Counted from the stretch's first letter, positions 9,333 through 19,745 are shown. The stretch is DNA of 64,000 nucleotides from Bacteriovoracia bacterium (GCA_050246755.1 JBFWVL010000002.1:96001-160000); one strand, 5' to 3'. The notes: generated from the letters alone by a model not told the origin. Numbers and translations are program-made.

Positions 9333-10543
9333 TTCTGGATATTCTCGCCGCCCACGTATTGCTTGGCGCGGTGGGGGCAGGGCCAACGATCCTGGCCGGT
9401 GATTCCCCAGCGTACTTCGGGAGAATGCTCGGGCTCCGAGATCGAGAGCACGGTATCGGTTTCGTAGGCCTGCCAGAGCTGGTTTAGGTCTACGGAATGT
9501 TCCGCGGTAACTTGGAAGCGATACTGCTCGAATAAGCGGTAGACGCCATCCTCTCCCACGTGCCGAACCGCGGCGCGCCTCAGGATCTCGAGCTCGCTCT
9601 GGATCTTCACGTCGCGGGTCGGGGTGGAATAGGAATCGTAGTCGCTTTCGCTCATGCAGCCTTCGCCGCGGTATTTTCTCTGGTATATATTCCAGGAATT
9701 TCTCACGAGGCCGGTACGCTCGTGGATGTATCCCTTCACGTTCTCGAGGGCGCCGGCGAACTCTTCGGCTCCGGTGGCGCGGCGTAGGGCGAGCTTAGCG
9801 CGAACCGCATCGTGCCAGCGTTGCCAAAGGCTGCCGTTGCGGTAGCCGTTCGCTACCCAGCGGCCAAGCGAAAACTGCATTTCGCTTTCGCCGGGGCGCA
9901 CGTCAGAGCCGACGCGTTTCCAGGCCCGGTAGCCGCCGTCTTTGGTGAAGGGAGCGAACACGATTTCCACGCGGGGCTGAAGGTCGCGCACCATTTCGGG
10001 AACGGTGGAGCTGATGAGACGGATCATGCCGTTCTCGAATACGTTCGTTACGTAGTAGACGTGGCCCGAGCGGTAGGTGACAGGAACATTCTTATTTCCT
10101 TCTGGGTGCAGGAAGAGCGCGCCGCCCTTAATATAGTTGCGGGAAATTTCGAGCGGGTAGGTATCGGCCACGATGGTTTGGGTATTAGTATGCGTGCGCA
10201 CGAAATTGATGAATTTGCGCAGGCGGGGCTGGCCTTCGGGAACCGAGTCCCAAGTTTTATTGGCGTTCGAAAGATCCTTGCGGTCGAAGTTGGAAAATTT
10301 TACGGGCAATCCATTTTCGTAGGCGAAGAGAATGCGGAGTACGTAGGCGGCGTCGGCGCAGTCGGTATAGATGCCTTGGTAGGGAGAGCCTTTGCGGGTG
10401 AAAAGATCGAGGGGGAGTTTCTCGATCCATTTTCCGAATGCTTGGTCTTCTGCCTCTCCCCAGGATTTGGTGGTAGGCCAGACATCGGCATTGGCCTGCG
10501 GCGTGAGCCAGAGCAGGACGGTGAGTAAAAGGGTGTTCAGCAT
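9329..10543 (-). CDS. Secreted hypothetical protein with DCAD/GH/STPTRD motifs (possible Cys-His hydrolase)
   Basis: Signal peptide MLNTLLLTVLLWLTPQANA; clear paralog of 53455..54864. Confidence 0.75.
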   Translation of the reverse strand: MLNTLLLTVLLWLTPQANADVWPTTKSWGEAEDQAFGKWIEKLPLDLFTRKGSPYQGIYTDCADAAYVLRILFAYENGLPVKFSNFDRKDLSNANKTWDSVPEGQPRLRKFINFVRTHTNTQTIVADTYPLEISRNYIKGGALFLHPEGNKNVPVTYRSGHVYYVTNVFENGMIRLISSTVPEMVRDLQPRVEIVFAPFTKDGGYRAWKRVGSDVRPGESEMQFSLGRWVANGYRNGSLWQRWHDAVRAKLALRRATGAEEFAGALENVKGYIHERTGLVRNSWNIYQRKYRGEGCMSESDYDSYSTPTRDVKIQSELEILRRAAVRHVGEDGVYRLFEQYRFQVTAEHSVDLNQLWQAYETDTVLSISEPEHSPEVRWGITGQDRWPCPHRAKQYVGGENIQN

Positions 10544-10780
10544 CGAAAGATTCTCCCGAAAAGACAAAGAACTAATGCATTGCGTTAATAGCATAGGGCT
10601 GATGATTTCGTTAGTAGAAGACTAAAAAAATCTGACATTGGGTAAATAAAAAACCGATAACCCATAAGTATCTAATCTTATTAATGAATAATTAAGTGAG
10701 TAAGGGGCGAATTCGCCTTAGTAATTCAAGGTTTAGGCCTACCCGCCGATAGGCATGCATAGAATTAAGGGGAATTTGCC

Positions 10781-12181
10781 ATGTCGATCCTACGAAAAAC
10801 TTTTCTTACTCTCTTCTTCCTATGGGGCTGCCTGGTTGCCTACAAAGCCCGCGCGGATGAACTCAAATATCTCGCCCATCCTCAGGAATCTCTTTCTGCC
10901 TTCGTTCGCCTCGCCGAACAATCGAAAACTTCCCTGGAGCTCAGCACCTTTATCTTCGAACCCTGCCACGCCAGCACCCAAGTATTGATGGATGTGCTCG
11001 CTGCCCGCGCGAAAGCCGGCGTGAAGGTGCGCATCCTCCTCGACGCCTTCATGATCGATCAAGGCAATCGCCAGGAGCTCGCTAACTACTTCGCCAAAAA
11101 TGGCATCCAAGTTCGTTTTTATAACGATACCGCCATGGTGGATCCGGGAGGCAACCTTCGTCTCCACTCGAAGGTGATGATCGTGGATGGCGCCGCATAT
11201 ATTTCCGGCGGCCGCAATATTTCCGACGAATACTTCGCCATGTCGGCCAAACAGAACTGGGTGGACCGCGATGTATACGTATACGGCTCTTCTGCCACCC
11301 AGGCCGTGAAGTATTTTAATGAAATTTGGGCTTCCGATATGACGAAGAACCGCAAAGGCAGTGGCTCCGCGTTCAAAGGCTGGAATAAATACTGCGGAAC
11401 CGAGCTTTCGAAACGCGCTCCCGACGTGCGCGCCTTCATCGACGCCAAGGGCAATGATCTGATCAACCGCATTCCTTCCCGCACCTGCGCCAGCGTGAAA
11501 TTCTATAACGACGCTCCGGATTTTGGGAATCCCAAGTACAGCGACGAATTCGGTGATTTCAACAATACTCCCGATTCCTACATGACGCCGATGCGCATGG
11601 AACGCAAGCGCACCACCAAGAATCTCCTGCAATTCATCGAAGACACCCGTTCCCAGATCGATCTCGAGAACTGGGGCTATATTCCCGTTGGTTATTTGCG
11701 GAATGCTTTCTCCGGCTTGCGATCGCGCAACGTGAAAGTAAAAGGCATCGTGAACCGCGATATGGAATCGGGACCGAAATTCTTCCAGGAAGCCCAGGAG
11801 TGGGCCATTTCCTGGATCTCAGGGGAAGATTCCGAAGGCTCTCAATCGATTCGCTTGATCTCTTCGCTGGGTAAGCTCAAAGATTCTTACGAGCTAACGG
11901 TTCCGAAGGTGAACTTTTTCCTCCACGGTAAAGTGATGGTACGCGACCAGAGAGATGCCGTGGTTAGCAGCTTCAACCTGGATGCCCGCTCCTATAATAC
12001 CAACCTCGAATCCGCGGTGATGGTGAAGAACTGCCCCGAGTTCGCAGCCGACGTGAAGCGCGAGATCAGCAAAGTGAACGCTACGTACGACGACGACGTG
12101 AAATCGGGCCGTGTTCCCGAAAAAGAAGAGGCGGGCCTCTTCTCGAAGATCTTCGCCCTCATGAACCTGAACCTATTTTAG
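10781..12181 (+). CDS. Exported phospholipase D-family protein (two HKD motifs, ClsC-like)
   Basis: LHSKVMIVDG...SGGRNI.DEYF and LHGKVMVRD...SFNLDARS..N.E. Confidence 0.88.
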   Translation: MSILRKTFLTLFFLWGCLVAYKARADELKYLAHPQESLSAFVRLAEQSKTSLELSTFIFEPCHASTQVLMDVLAARAKAGVKVRILLDAFMIDQGNRQELANYFAKNGIQVRFYNDTAMVDPGGNLRLHSKVMIVDGAAYISGGRNISDEYFAMSAKQNWVDRDVYVYGSSATQAVKYFNEIWASDMTKNRKGSGSAFKGWNKYCGTELSKRAPDVRAFIDAKGNDLINRIPSRTCASVKFYNDAPDFGNPKYSDEFGDFNNTPDSYMTPMRMERKRTTKNLLQFIEDTRSQIDLENWGYIPVGYLRNAFSGLRSRNVKVKGIVNRDMESGPKFFQEAQEWAISWISGEDSEGSQSIRLISSLGKLKDSYELTVPKVNFFLHGKVMVRDQRDAVVSSFNLDARSYNTNLESAVMVKNCPEFAADVKREISKVNATYDDDVKSGRVPEKEEAGLFSKIFALMNLNLF

Positions 12182-13993
12182 GGCTTCCAGCTCCGACCAG
12201 CGCGCATAGAGGCGCTGGAGCTCGGCCTGCACTACGCTCATTCCCGCGGTGATTTCCTGCAGCTTCTTGGCGTTCGCCGCGAACTCGGGCTTGGTGCTTT
12301 CTTCCGTGAGCCCGGCGAGCCTGGCTTCCGTTTTAGCGATCAGCTCTTCCATGCCGTCGAGCTCGCGCTGCTCTTTATGGGTGAGCTTGCGTTTTTCGTT
12401 AGGGGCAGATTCGGTTTTTTTCCCGCTCTTTTCTTTTTCCTTCTTTCCCGGCTCGGGCTGGCTCTCGTGCCAGTTTTCCCATTGCTCGAGATTCGTGAAG
12501 GAAATAATTTCTTTCTTGCCGTTGGGTTTTACGCCCCAGCCCAGGATCTGGTTCGCTACTTGGTCCAAGAAGTAGCGATCGTGGGTAACAAGCACCACGG
12601 CGCCCTTATAATCCACCAGCACTTCCTGGAGCATATCGAGCGTGGCCATATCGAGATCGTTCGTGGGCTCATCGAGCACCAGCATATTCGCCGGCTCGAG
12701 CATAAGTTTGGCGAGGAGGAGACGGCTCTGCTCGCCCCCGGAGAGGCGGCCCACGGGTTGCTCCACCTGGTTGCCCGTGAAGAGGAAGCGATCGAGGTAG
12801 GAGCGGGCGTGGATGCGGCGGTCGTTATAGTCGAGGTGCTCGCCCACGGGACAGATCGTTTTCAGCACGGAGATTTCCTGATCGAGGCTGTCGCGGTTCT
12901 GCTCGAAGTAGGAGATCTTCAAATTCTCGGAATGGAAAACGGTGCCGGTGGTAGGTTCTTCCAGTTTCAGCAATACTTTGATCAGGGTGGATTTCCCGCA
13001 CCCGTTCGGCCCCAGCAAGCCGATGCGGCTTTTCGGCGTGATCAGCAAATCCATTTTGGGCAGGATCTCGCGGCCTTCGTAGATTACGGAGATGCCCTCG
13101 GCGGAAACGAGTTTTTTTGGTTTTTTCCCCGCTTCGAGGAAATCGAGCTGCACGTTCGAAGTGGCATTGCGATAGGCGAGCTCCGAAACGGTATCGGCTA
13201 GTTCACCCACGCGCTGGATGCGGGCCTGCTGCTTGGTGATCCGCGCCTTGGCTCCGCGGCGCAGCCATTCCATCTCGCGGCGCAAAGTATTACGGAGTTT
13301 CGATTCGGTGCTGGCCTGCTGCGCGAGCAGCTCTTCTTTGCGCTCCAAGAACGTGGCGTAGTCGCCGGTGGCGGAGAGGAGCCCCCCCGGGTTGCGTCGG
13401 TCGATTTCCATGATCTTATTGGAAACTTTTTGCAGGAACACGCGATCGTGGGTGATCGTGAGCGTGGCGAAACGCGAGCGGGCGAGCAAGTCCTCGAGCC
13501 AGAGAATGCTTTCCACGTCGAGATGGTTGGTGGGCTCGTCGAGTAAAAGCAAGTCGGGTTGCTTCAATAGTTCGCGGGCGAGGGCCACGCGCTTTTTCCA
13601 TCCCCCGGAAAGATTTTCGATCGGAGTCTCTTCGTTGATATAGTCGCCCCCGCTCAGGGAAAGCTTCGCCATGATCTCCTGCGCGCGCACGATCTCTTCC
13701 CAGTCGAAAGGATTCTCGGAACCTTCCATCACCGAAGAACCCACGGTGGCATCCGGGGTAAATTTCGGCACCTGCTCGAGCAGCCCCACGCGCAGGCCCT
13801 TTTGGATGGCGAGGTTGCCGGCATCGGGGGACTGTTCGCCGGCCAGGACTTTGAGCAAAGTGGATTTCCCCGCGCCGTTGGGGCCGATGAGGCCGATGCG
13901 TTCGCCGGATGAAATCCCGAACGTGAGCGATTCAAAGAGAGGGCGGTGCGCGAAGCCCTTTTTGATTCCGTGGGCGTTAACTAGAATGGCCAT
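12173..13993 (-). CDS. ABC-F family ATPase (Uup-like)
   Basis: Two ABC cassettes (GPNGAGKS/LSGG/LDEPTN and GPNGCGKS/LSGGE/LDEPTN), EMEWLRRGAKAR linker, C-terminal coiled coil. Confidence 0.9.
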   Translation of the reverse strand: MAILVNAHGIKKGFAHRPLFESLTFGISSGERIGLIGPNGAGKSTLLKVLAGEQSPDAGNLAIQKGLRVGLLEQVPKFTPDATVGSSVMEGSENPFDWEEIVRAQEIMAKLSLSGGDYINEETPIENLSGGWKKRVALARELLKQPDLLLLDEPTNHLDVESILWLEDLLARSRFATLTITHDRVFLQKVSNKIMEIDRRNPGGLLSATGDYATFLERKEELLAQQASTESKLRNTLRREMEWLRRGAKARITKQQARIQRVGELADTVSELAYRNATSNVQLDFLEAGKKPKKLVSAEGISVIYEGREILPKMDLLITPKSRIGLLGPNGCGKSTLIKVLLKLEEPTTGTVFHSENLKISYFEQNRDSLDQEISVLKTICPVGEHLDYNDRRIHARSYLDRFLFTGNQVEQPVGRLSGGEQSRLLLAKLMLEPANMLVLDEPTNDLDMATLDMLQEVLVDYKGAVVLVTHDRYFLDQVANQILGWGVKPNGKKEIISFTNLEQWENWHESQPEPGKKEKEKSGKKTESAPNEKRKLTHKEQRELDGMEELIAKTEARLAGLTEESTKPEFAANAKKLQEITAGMSVVQAELQRLYARWSELEALK

Positions 13994-15539
13994 AAGCTCT
14001 CTTTCCGATCTGTTCTGCAATTTTTTCCGCGATACGAATTCCGTCGCAAGCGGCCGAGGTGATTCCGCCCGCGTAGCCCGCGCCTTCTCCGGCAGGGTAA
14101 AGGCCAGGGTGCGAAACGCTTTCTAAGCTATCATCGGAACGAGTTACGCGCACGGGGCAAGAGGTGCGGGATTCCACCCCGTAGAGCTGCGCGCTGTCGC
14201 TACGGAAGCCCTTCATATTGCGCTCGAAGCGCTCGAGGCTACCCAAGATCCGGTCGCGGATCTGCGCGGGCAGGATTTGGTCCAAACGCACTCCGAGGGC
14301 GCCGGAGGGAGAAGATCCTTTGATGGCTTCGCCGGAGCGGCCGGCGGCAAAGTCCATGAGTTTCTGCGCAGGGAGCTCTTTGGTGCCGCCCGCATCTTTC
14401 ACGCTCTGGAAAGCGTTTTGCTCCAGCTGCTGACGCAATTTCATACCGCCAAAAAGATCCTGGCCGAAGTTTTTCTCGTGGTCGATCGAGACCACGAGGG
14501 CGGCGTTCGCGAAGGGAGAATTGCGGTGGTAATTGCTCATGCCGTTCACCACGATCCCGTTCTCCTCGGTACCGCTCGAGAGCACGTAGCCGCCCGGGCA
14601 CATGCAAAAACTATAAACTCCTACATTATCCACCGGATCATGATCGGCGAGGCGGTAATTCGCGGATCCCAATTTGGGATGTCCGGCGGCGTCGCGGTAC
14701 TGGATTTGATTGATGAGCTCCTGCGGGTGTTCGATGCGCAGGCCCATGGCGAAGCTCTTGCCCTCGAGGGTGACGCCGAGATCGCGAAGGTGGTTCAGCA
14801 TGTCTTCGGCCGAGTGGCCGGTGGCGAGCACCACGTGGGGGGAGCGGATCACCTTTCCGTGCTCGGTGCGTACCCCCACGATTTGCTTGCCCTCGGTAAC
14901 AAGTTCCGTAACTTGGGTATCGAATTGGATCTCGCAGCCGTTGGCCAACAGAAATTCCCTGAGTTTCGGGATCACACGGCGGATGCGGTCGCTGCCCACG
15001 TGTGGGTTGGCCAGCCACTGGATCTCTTCCGGAGCGCCGAACTGCACCAGGCGGTTCATCACGTAGGGGATATAAGGCGATTTGATGCGGGTGATGAGCT
15101 TGCCATCCGAATAAAGACCGGCACCGCCTTCCCCGTAGCAAACGTTATTGCGCTTATCGAGCTCCCCGTGCCGCCAGAATTTTGAAATGCCTTTGATCCG
15201 GGCGGCTGATTCGGATCCGCGTTCCAGGAGCAGACAGGGGATCCCGCGCTCTACTAAGCGGAGGGCCGCGAAAAGACCGGCCGGGCCGGACCCCACGATA
15301 ATAGGCCTCTCGGTGCCCGGCTTTGGGGTGATTTTTTCTAAGGAAAACTGCTCTACCTTGAGCACTTCCCCGGCTTCGGCCACTTCCACGGAATAGACGA
15401 AGTGGGGGGAGTGGCGCTGGCGGGCATCCACGCTCTGGCGCAGGATACGCCAGGGGCCATGGTCAGGCACCATCCATTGGAGGCGCTCCGCTAGCTCTTC
15501 GTCTAGCGGCACTTTCAGGTCGTGGAGGATGCGGGACAT
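13977..15539 (-). CDS. FAD-dependent oxidoreductase (uncharacterised FAD-dependent dehydrogenase family)
   Basis: IVGSGPAG, GEGGAG.YSDGKL, SFCMCPGG, GEGAGYAGGITSAA.DG. Confidence 0.88.
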   Translation of the reverse strand: MSRILHDLKVPLDEELAERLQWMVPDHGPWRILRQSVDARQRHSPHFVYSVEVAEAGEVLKVEQFSLEKITPKPGTERPIIVGSGPAGLFAALRLVERGIPCLLLERGSESAARIKGISKFWRHGELDKRNNVCYGEGGAGLYSDGKLITRIKSPYIPYVMNRLVQFGAPEEIQWLANPHVGSDRIRRVIPKLREFLLANGCEIQFDTQVTELVTEGKQIVGVRTEHGKVIRSPHVVLATGHSAEDMLNHLRDLGVTLEGKSFAMGLRIEHPQELINQIQYRDAAGHPKLGSANYRLADHDPVDNVGVYSFCMCPGGYVLSSGTEENGIVVNGMSNYHRNSPFANAALVVSIDHEKNFGQDLFGGMKLRQQLEQNAFQSVKDAGGTKELPAQKLMDFAAGRSGEAIKGSSPSGALGVRLDQILPAQIRDRILGSLERFERNMKGFRSDSAQLYGVESRTSCPVRVTRSDDSLESVSHPGLYPAGEGAGYAGGITSAACDGIRIAEKIAEQIGKRAYGHSS

Positions 15540-15622
15540 GGGGCTTCTGTACCACGTTATGACGCGATTCGCCTTATTTCCGGTCGACAAACCCCCCTTG
15601 CCAATGCGAAGGTTGGGCCCCT

Positions 15623-15934
15623 ATGGAAAACAGCGATCAGCCAGGCCAAACCCACCAGCACGCCCCGAAGCAGCCCGAGAACTCCTTTCGTATCGTTCTC
15701 ACGGTGAATAAGCGCATGCCGAGGCTCGATGTGCTGTTGCTGGAAGCCATCCGCGCCCAGGATAAAAACGAAGAGCTGAAGCGGATTTCCCGCACCGTTT
15801 TCAAGGGATTGTTTAACGACAAAAAGATCTTGATCAAAGGCCAGGCCGCGAAGCCTTCTTCTTCCCTCGCCACTGGCACCACCTACGTGGATATTTTGGG
15901 ATATTCCGAAGAAGGCTCGGTAAGTGATATTTAG
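15623..15934 (+). CDS. Small S4-like RNA-binding domain protein
   Basis: RLD..L......ISR...K.LF....ILI.GQ.AKPSS.L resembles the S4 domain. Confidence 0.55.
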   Translation: MENSDQPGQTHQHAPKQPENSFRIVLTVNKRMPRLDVLLLEAIRAQDKNEELKRISRTVFKGLFNDKKILIKGQAAKPSSSLATGTTYVDILGYSEEGSVSDI

Positions 15935-16013
15935 TTTTCCGGCCCATCACTAAGCCAGAGCCTTTCGGAGTGCGGTACTAGTTGGACGAGCAGTGTTATA
16001 TGGTCGCTTCAAC

Positions 16014-16943
16014 CTATCGGCGACCTAGGAAAACAGAAGTCGAAAAAAAGAGAACGAAAAATGCAAGACCGGCGGAAAAGCCGAAAATATGAAGGGCCGC
16101 GGCTCCGGTCTCATATTTCGGTTCAGTGAAAAGCGTGAGGGCTTCGTGTCCCGTCATGTACAGTGCGAGGCCGATTGGAAGGCCATTAAATATCCATGTA
16201 GAGAGAGTTCTCCAGCGCCCCTGCGATAAAACCCATGCTACATACCAGCCTGCCAAGCCAGAAATCGCTTGGGAGGCACCAATGGTAATCGATAGATCAT
16301 GGTGAAAATGAGATACAAAAAGTAAACTCGCAAGGATTCCGCTGCCTAGGTAGATACAAAGCCACTGTGTACGAGATGTCCGGCGCTCCACTAAAGCGCC
16401 AAATATCAATAGCATCAAGACATTAAGTCCGATGTGAAATGGAAATCCATGAAGCCATAGGACTTTTACGGAGGCAAACAGGCCCCATTTTTTTCCGAGG
16501 AGAATATTTTCGGACTGAGCAAGCTGGTTGAGCCCCTCTTTCTCCGCGTTCCACCCGGACGTAAATTCACCATATCCTGGCAGTTTGGAGAGTTGCATTT
16601 CGTGTTGAAAAAAAGCTTCCGTTAAATGTGTCGCGCGTTCATTGATTCCATCAGGATATCGTCTTCCGAGAATGTATATGGCCGCCGCCTTTACGTCTGA
16701 CTCACATGTTTCGGCTTGGGCAAATTTGAAATCGCAATACTCCATTAAAATCTTAGCAATGTGATAACCCGCCTCATGCTGATAATTAATGCGCTTAATC
16801 TCTGATTGAAAGTTTGTGGGATCAAAGGTCGAAAAGAAATAGGCCAGAATGAGCGAGGCCGCCATCGCGAAGGTGAAAATCGGAAGGCCACTGGGTTGGA
16901 CCTTGATTCCGAACACCCATGGCAAAGAATATTTTTTCAGCAT
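16014..16943 (-). CDS. Rhomboid family intramembrane serine protease
   Basis: WLHG..FHI..N...L..FG..VER, GAS.AISG, and an H..GF.AG motif. Confidence 0.8.
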   Translation of the reverse strand: MLKKYSLPWVFGIKVQPSGLPIFTFAMAASLILAYFFSTFDPTNFQSEIKRINYQHEAGYHIAKILMEYCDFKFAQAETCESDVKAAAIYILGRRYPDGINERATHLTEAFFQHEMQLSKLPGYGEFTSGWNAEKEGLNQLAQSENILLGKKWGLFASVKVLWLHGFPFHIGLNVLMLLIFGALVERRTSRTQWLCIYLGSGILASLLFVSHFHHDLSITIGASQAISGLAGWYVAWVLSQGRWRTLSTWIFNGLPIGLALYMTGHEALTLFTEPKYETGAAALHIFGFSAGLAFFVLFFSTSVFLGRR

Positions 16944-17099
16944 GGAGAGTCACTATCATCGTCCGAATGGGTGGTCCATAATGGAATTATTTCAAATCAA
17001 AGCAACGGATACAAACTCGCTACCCTCTAGGTTGGCAAGGCTATGATGAGCGGCAGATCATTCACTTGAGGCGACTCAAGTGGGTAGGTGAAGTGAGCT

Positions 17100-17510
17100 T
17101 TACTTACAAACCGCCTCAGCCAATTTAAACGCCCGGGCCACCATCGGGTCTTCGCCCTCTTCGGCGTTTCTGTTGGCCATCATGGTCTTGGATTTTTTCA
17201 CGTAGACTGAGCAATTCTTCGCCTGGAAATTCTTTTTGGTCGGAAAATCGTTGAGCGTATCTAAAAAAAGGCTCATGGAAAGCTCATCGGGTTCGGGCTG
17301 CCGCGGATTGCTTTTGCGCAGCTTCACCAGCGAATCGTGGGTGGCTAGAAAAAGATCGTAGCGCTTCGCGATGTTTTTTTCTTTCGCGAGATTCGTTTCG
17401 AGCGCGGTGATTTGCTGCTCGAATTGCGTGATCAAGGGCGCCTTTTCCGCGGCATGCGCGGAAAAAGACGCAATGAGTGCTAAAGCTCCAAGAATTTTTG
17501 CTGGGTGCAC
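17100..17510 (-). CDS. Secreted hypothetical protein
   Basis: GTG start 8 nt after AGGAG; signal-peptide-like ILGALALIASFSAHA. Confidence 0.6.
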   Translation of the reverse strand: MHPAKILGALALIASFSAHAAEKAPLITQFEQQITALETNLAKEKNIAKRYDLFLATHDSLVKLRKSNPRQPEPDELSMSLFLDTLNDFPTKKNFQAKNCSVYVKKSKTMMANRNAEEGEDPMVARAFKLAEAVCK

Positions 17511-18916
17511 GTGCCCGCTCCTAATGCTTTGTCGAGCCGCGTGGCTTGCACCTTCACGGCCGAGATATAGATGCTGTTCTGGTACACGTAGAAATACTCG
17601 GGGAGGGTGAGGGGGCGGCCGACCGCGCCCACGTGAGCGGTACGCCGTTTGGCGCGCTCGAGAGAAATTTCGCGGCGGGTGCGGGCTTCGTCCCAATTTT
17701 TCGTGGCGGCCAGCGCACGCACGTCGTTTTCCGCATCTTTCTGAATGGCCGAAAATCCTTTCGGCGGCCAAAAATTAAAATCGAAATCTTTGGCTGAGAT
17801 TTTTCCGTTCTTGAGGGAAGCGCGGTAGCGCAGCCATTCCTTGAAGCCCGTCACGGGAGGGCGGGGCCCGGAATTGTATCCCATCACGAATAGCATCTCG
17901 CGGAGCTTGGCATTGTCGAGCTTGGCGCCGGATTTTCGGAGGAGCTCGTCCACGCCCTCGTAGCCGGGCTGTTTCGAGTCACCCTCATTCCAGGCATTGT
18001 TGGAGTAGCGCTTGGCGGATTGGTAGAAAATTCCGTAGTAGAGCAAGCTGCGCACGGGGTTGGGTGGCATGGCGATGGCGTGGCAGCGCTCGGCGTCGGA
18101 AGTTTTGATATCGGCGGCGGTGTTCACGAGCGCGCCCGGCACGGAGCGGAGCCGCTTGCAGGAGGCCTTATTGCTGGCGAGAATTTGGTTCTTAAACTCC
18201 GAATAGTTATTGGCCACGTCTTTGAGCGCGGATTCGGTGAACTGGCCGATCCCGCCGTCGTTCACGGGGCCGAGCACGTTATTATTGAGGCCGCTTTCGT
18301 TGGCGAATTTGGGTACGGTGAAGCTCATCGGGAGATCGAGGCATTCCGAAACGTCGGCTAGGGAATTATACACTAAGTTGAAATAATCCTCGGTGATGCA
18401 GGGCTTTTGGCGGATGCGCACGGGCTCGCCGTTGCTGCTCTTGCACGAAGCGAACTGGCTGGGGTCGGGCGTATAGTTTTTGTCGGCAATTTCCTGCGCG
18501 GTCATTTTTCCGGCGGCGATGTCTTCCTGCTTTTTTTGCTCGGGAGTGCGAGCTACGTCGCGGAAAGAAGTGCGCATCACGTAGAGCACGCATTTGGGCG
18601 GGATCAGATTTTTTCCGCCGGCGTAGGGGCGGGTATTGAGGAAGGCGCCTTTAGGATCGATTTTCCGAAACGCGAGGAGCGAGCCCTGGAGGTAATTGCG
18701 GTCGGGGCCGCAGCTGTCGGTGGTCTCGAAGGTAACTTCGTTGTCGGAGCCCTTGATCGAGCAATCGCAGGACATATCCATGTTTTTATAGCTGCCGCGG
18801 TTGAGGGTGGTATTGGCGTTCAGGAGCGGGCGGAGCATATCGGCGGTAGCCTTGGAATTGCTCGCGGCGTGCGCGTTCGGTAAGCAGAGAAGCAGTAGTA
18901 ATAGAATCTTCATCAT
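17480..18916 (-). CDS. Secreted cysteine-containing protein with a lysozyme/SLT-like domain
   Basis: Signal peptide; ANESG...GGIGQFT...MGYNSGP corresponds to SLT motifs I-III; GGAGG RBS. Confidence 0.65.
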   Translation of the reverse strand: MMKILLLLLLCLPNAHAASNSKATADMLRPLLNANTTLNRGSYKNMDMSCDCSIKGSDNEVTFETTDSCGPDRNYLQGSLLAFRKIDPKGAFLNTRPYAGGKNLIPPKCVLYVMRTSFRDVARTPEQKKQEDIAAGKMTAQEIADKNYTPDPSQFASCKSSNGEPVRIRQKPCITEDYFNLVYNSLADVSECLDLPMSFTVPKFANESGLNNNVLGPVNDGGIGQFTESALKDVANNYSEFKNQILASNKASCKRLRSVPGALVNTAADIKTSDAERCHAIAMPPNPVRSLLYYGIFYQSAKRYSNNAWNEGDSKQPGYEGVDELLRKSGAKLDNAKLREMLFVMGYNSGPRPPVTGFKEWLRYRASLKNGKISAKDFDFNFWPPKGFSAIQKDAENDVRALAATKNWDEARTRREISLERAKRRTAHVGAVGRPLTLPEYFYVYQNSIYISAVKVQATRLDKALGAGTCTQQKFLEL

Positions 18917-19031
18917 TCCTCCAATCCGTTCCCATTAGTATTGTAGGGGGAATTCCGGAGGAACTAAACCTTAACTGCGAAGGCGGCCAAGAAAATTAAC
19001 GCATTACGTCGGTTGGTGCGCTGGAGTGTTT

Positions 19032-19745
19032 TTAGCGATTCGGAGCTTGCCCGCGATTCATGAGCAGTGCCCGAGTGAGCATGATATGCCCGGCGATCGC
19101 TCCGCCCACGCATACCGGAATGATCCAGGCAAAGGGCAGGTAAAAAGCCAGCAGGAGCGGAGGATTTACTTGCCAGGCGAAGGGCAGGGGGGAAGAGAGA
19201 ATCGCCACGCGGAGCACGTTCCCGAGTAAGACGATCCCCACCGCATTAAATAGCCAGGCCGCCGGGCGAAAATGGCTCACCAAAGGGGCTAGCAAGACGG
19301 CGAGGATTCCACTCGCAATATCGAAGTTGGAGCCCTCCCAGCTCATGGTGGCGGGAATGGTGCCTTCCTGAACCCAGGAGTGCAGCACGAGCTCGAGGGG
19401 GAGGCGAAATGCGTGGAATCCCACCAGTAAAGGTAGGGGCACGGCGCCGGCGATTACCCCGCCGAGCGGGGAAAGTGCGAAACCGGCGGCGATTGCGAGA
19501 TTTCCTAGCAAAAAAATCGGGAGGGCGGGCATCGGGTTGTTTTCGAGCCAGCCCGAGGCCACCACGGCGGAGTCGGCCGTGAGTAGAAAAGCGAGCCCAG
19601 CGGCCACCAAAAGGGTGCGGGGAATCGCGGGATCAGCTTCGCGGCGATTGGCGAAATAAACGCTCAAGATCACCATCAGGAGCACGGCGAGCACGATCAC
19701 TAAGAATGCGATTTCCGAGGCGATCGAGGGCGGAAAAAAGTCCAT
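19032..19745 (-). CDS. Integral membrane hypothetical protein
   Basis: About 7 hydrophobic segments; H.FR...E and G.NFDI..G motifs. Confidence 0.75.
   Translation of the reverse strand: MDFFPPSIASEIAFLVIVLAVLLMVILSVYFANRREADPAIPRTLLVAAGLAFLLTADSAVVASGWLENNPMPALPIFLLGNLAIAAGFALSPLGGVIAGAVPLPLLVGFHAFRLPLELVLHSWVQEGTIPATMSWEGSNFDIASGILAVLLAPLVSHFRPAAWLFNAVGIVLLGNVLRVAILSSPLPFAWQVNPPLLLAFYLPFAWIIPVCVGGAIAGHIMLTRALLMNRGQAPNR

Noticed and set aside
15940-16013. Possible integron attC site after the rhomboid gene
   Set aside because: No matching RYYYAAC/GTTRRRY pair, only a weak hairpin, and no integrase or second cassette
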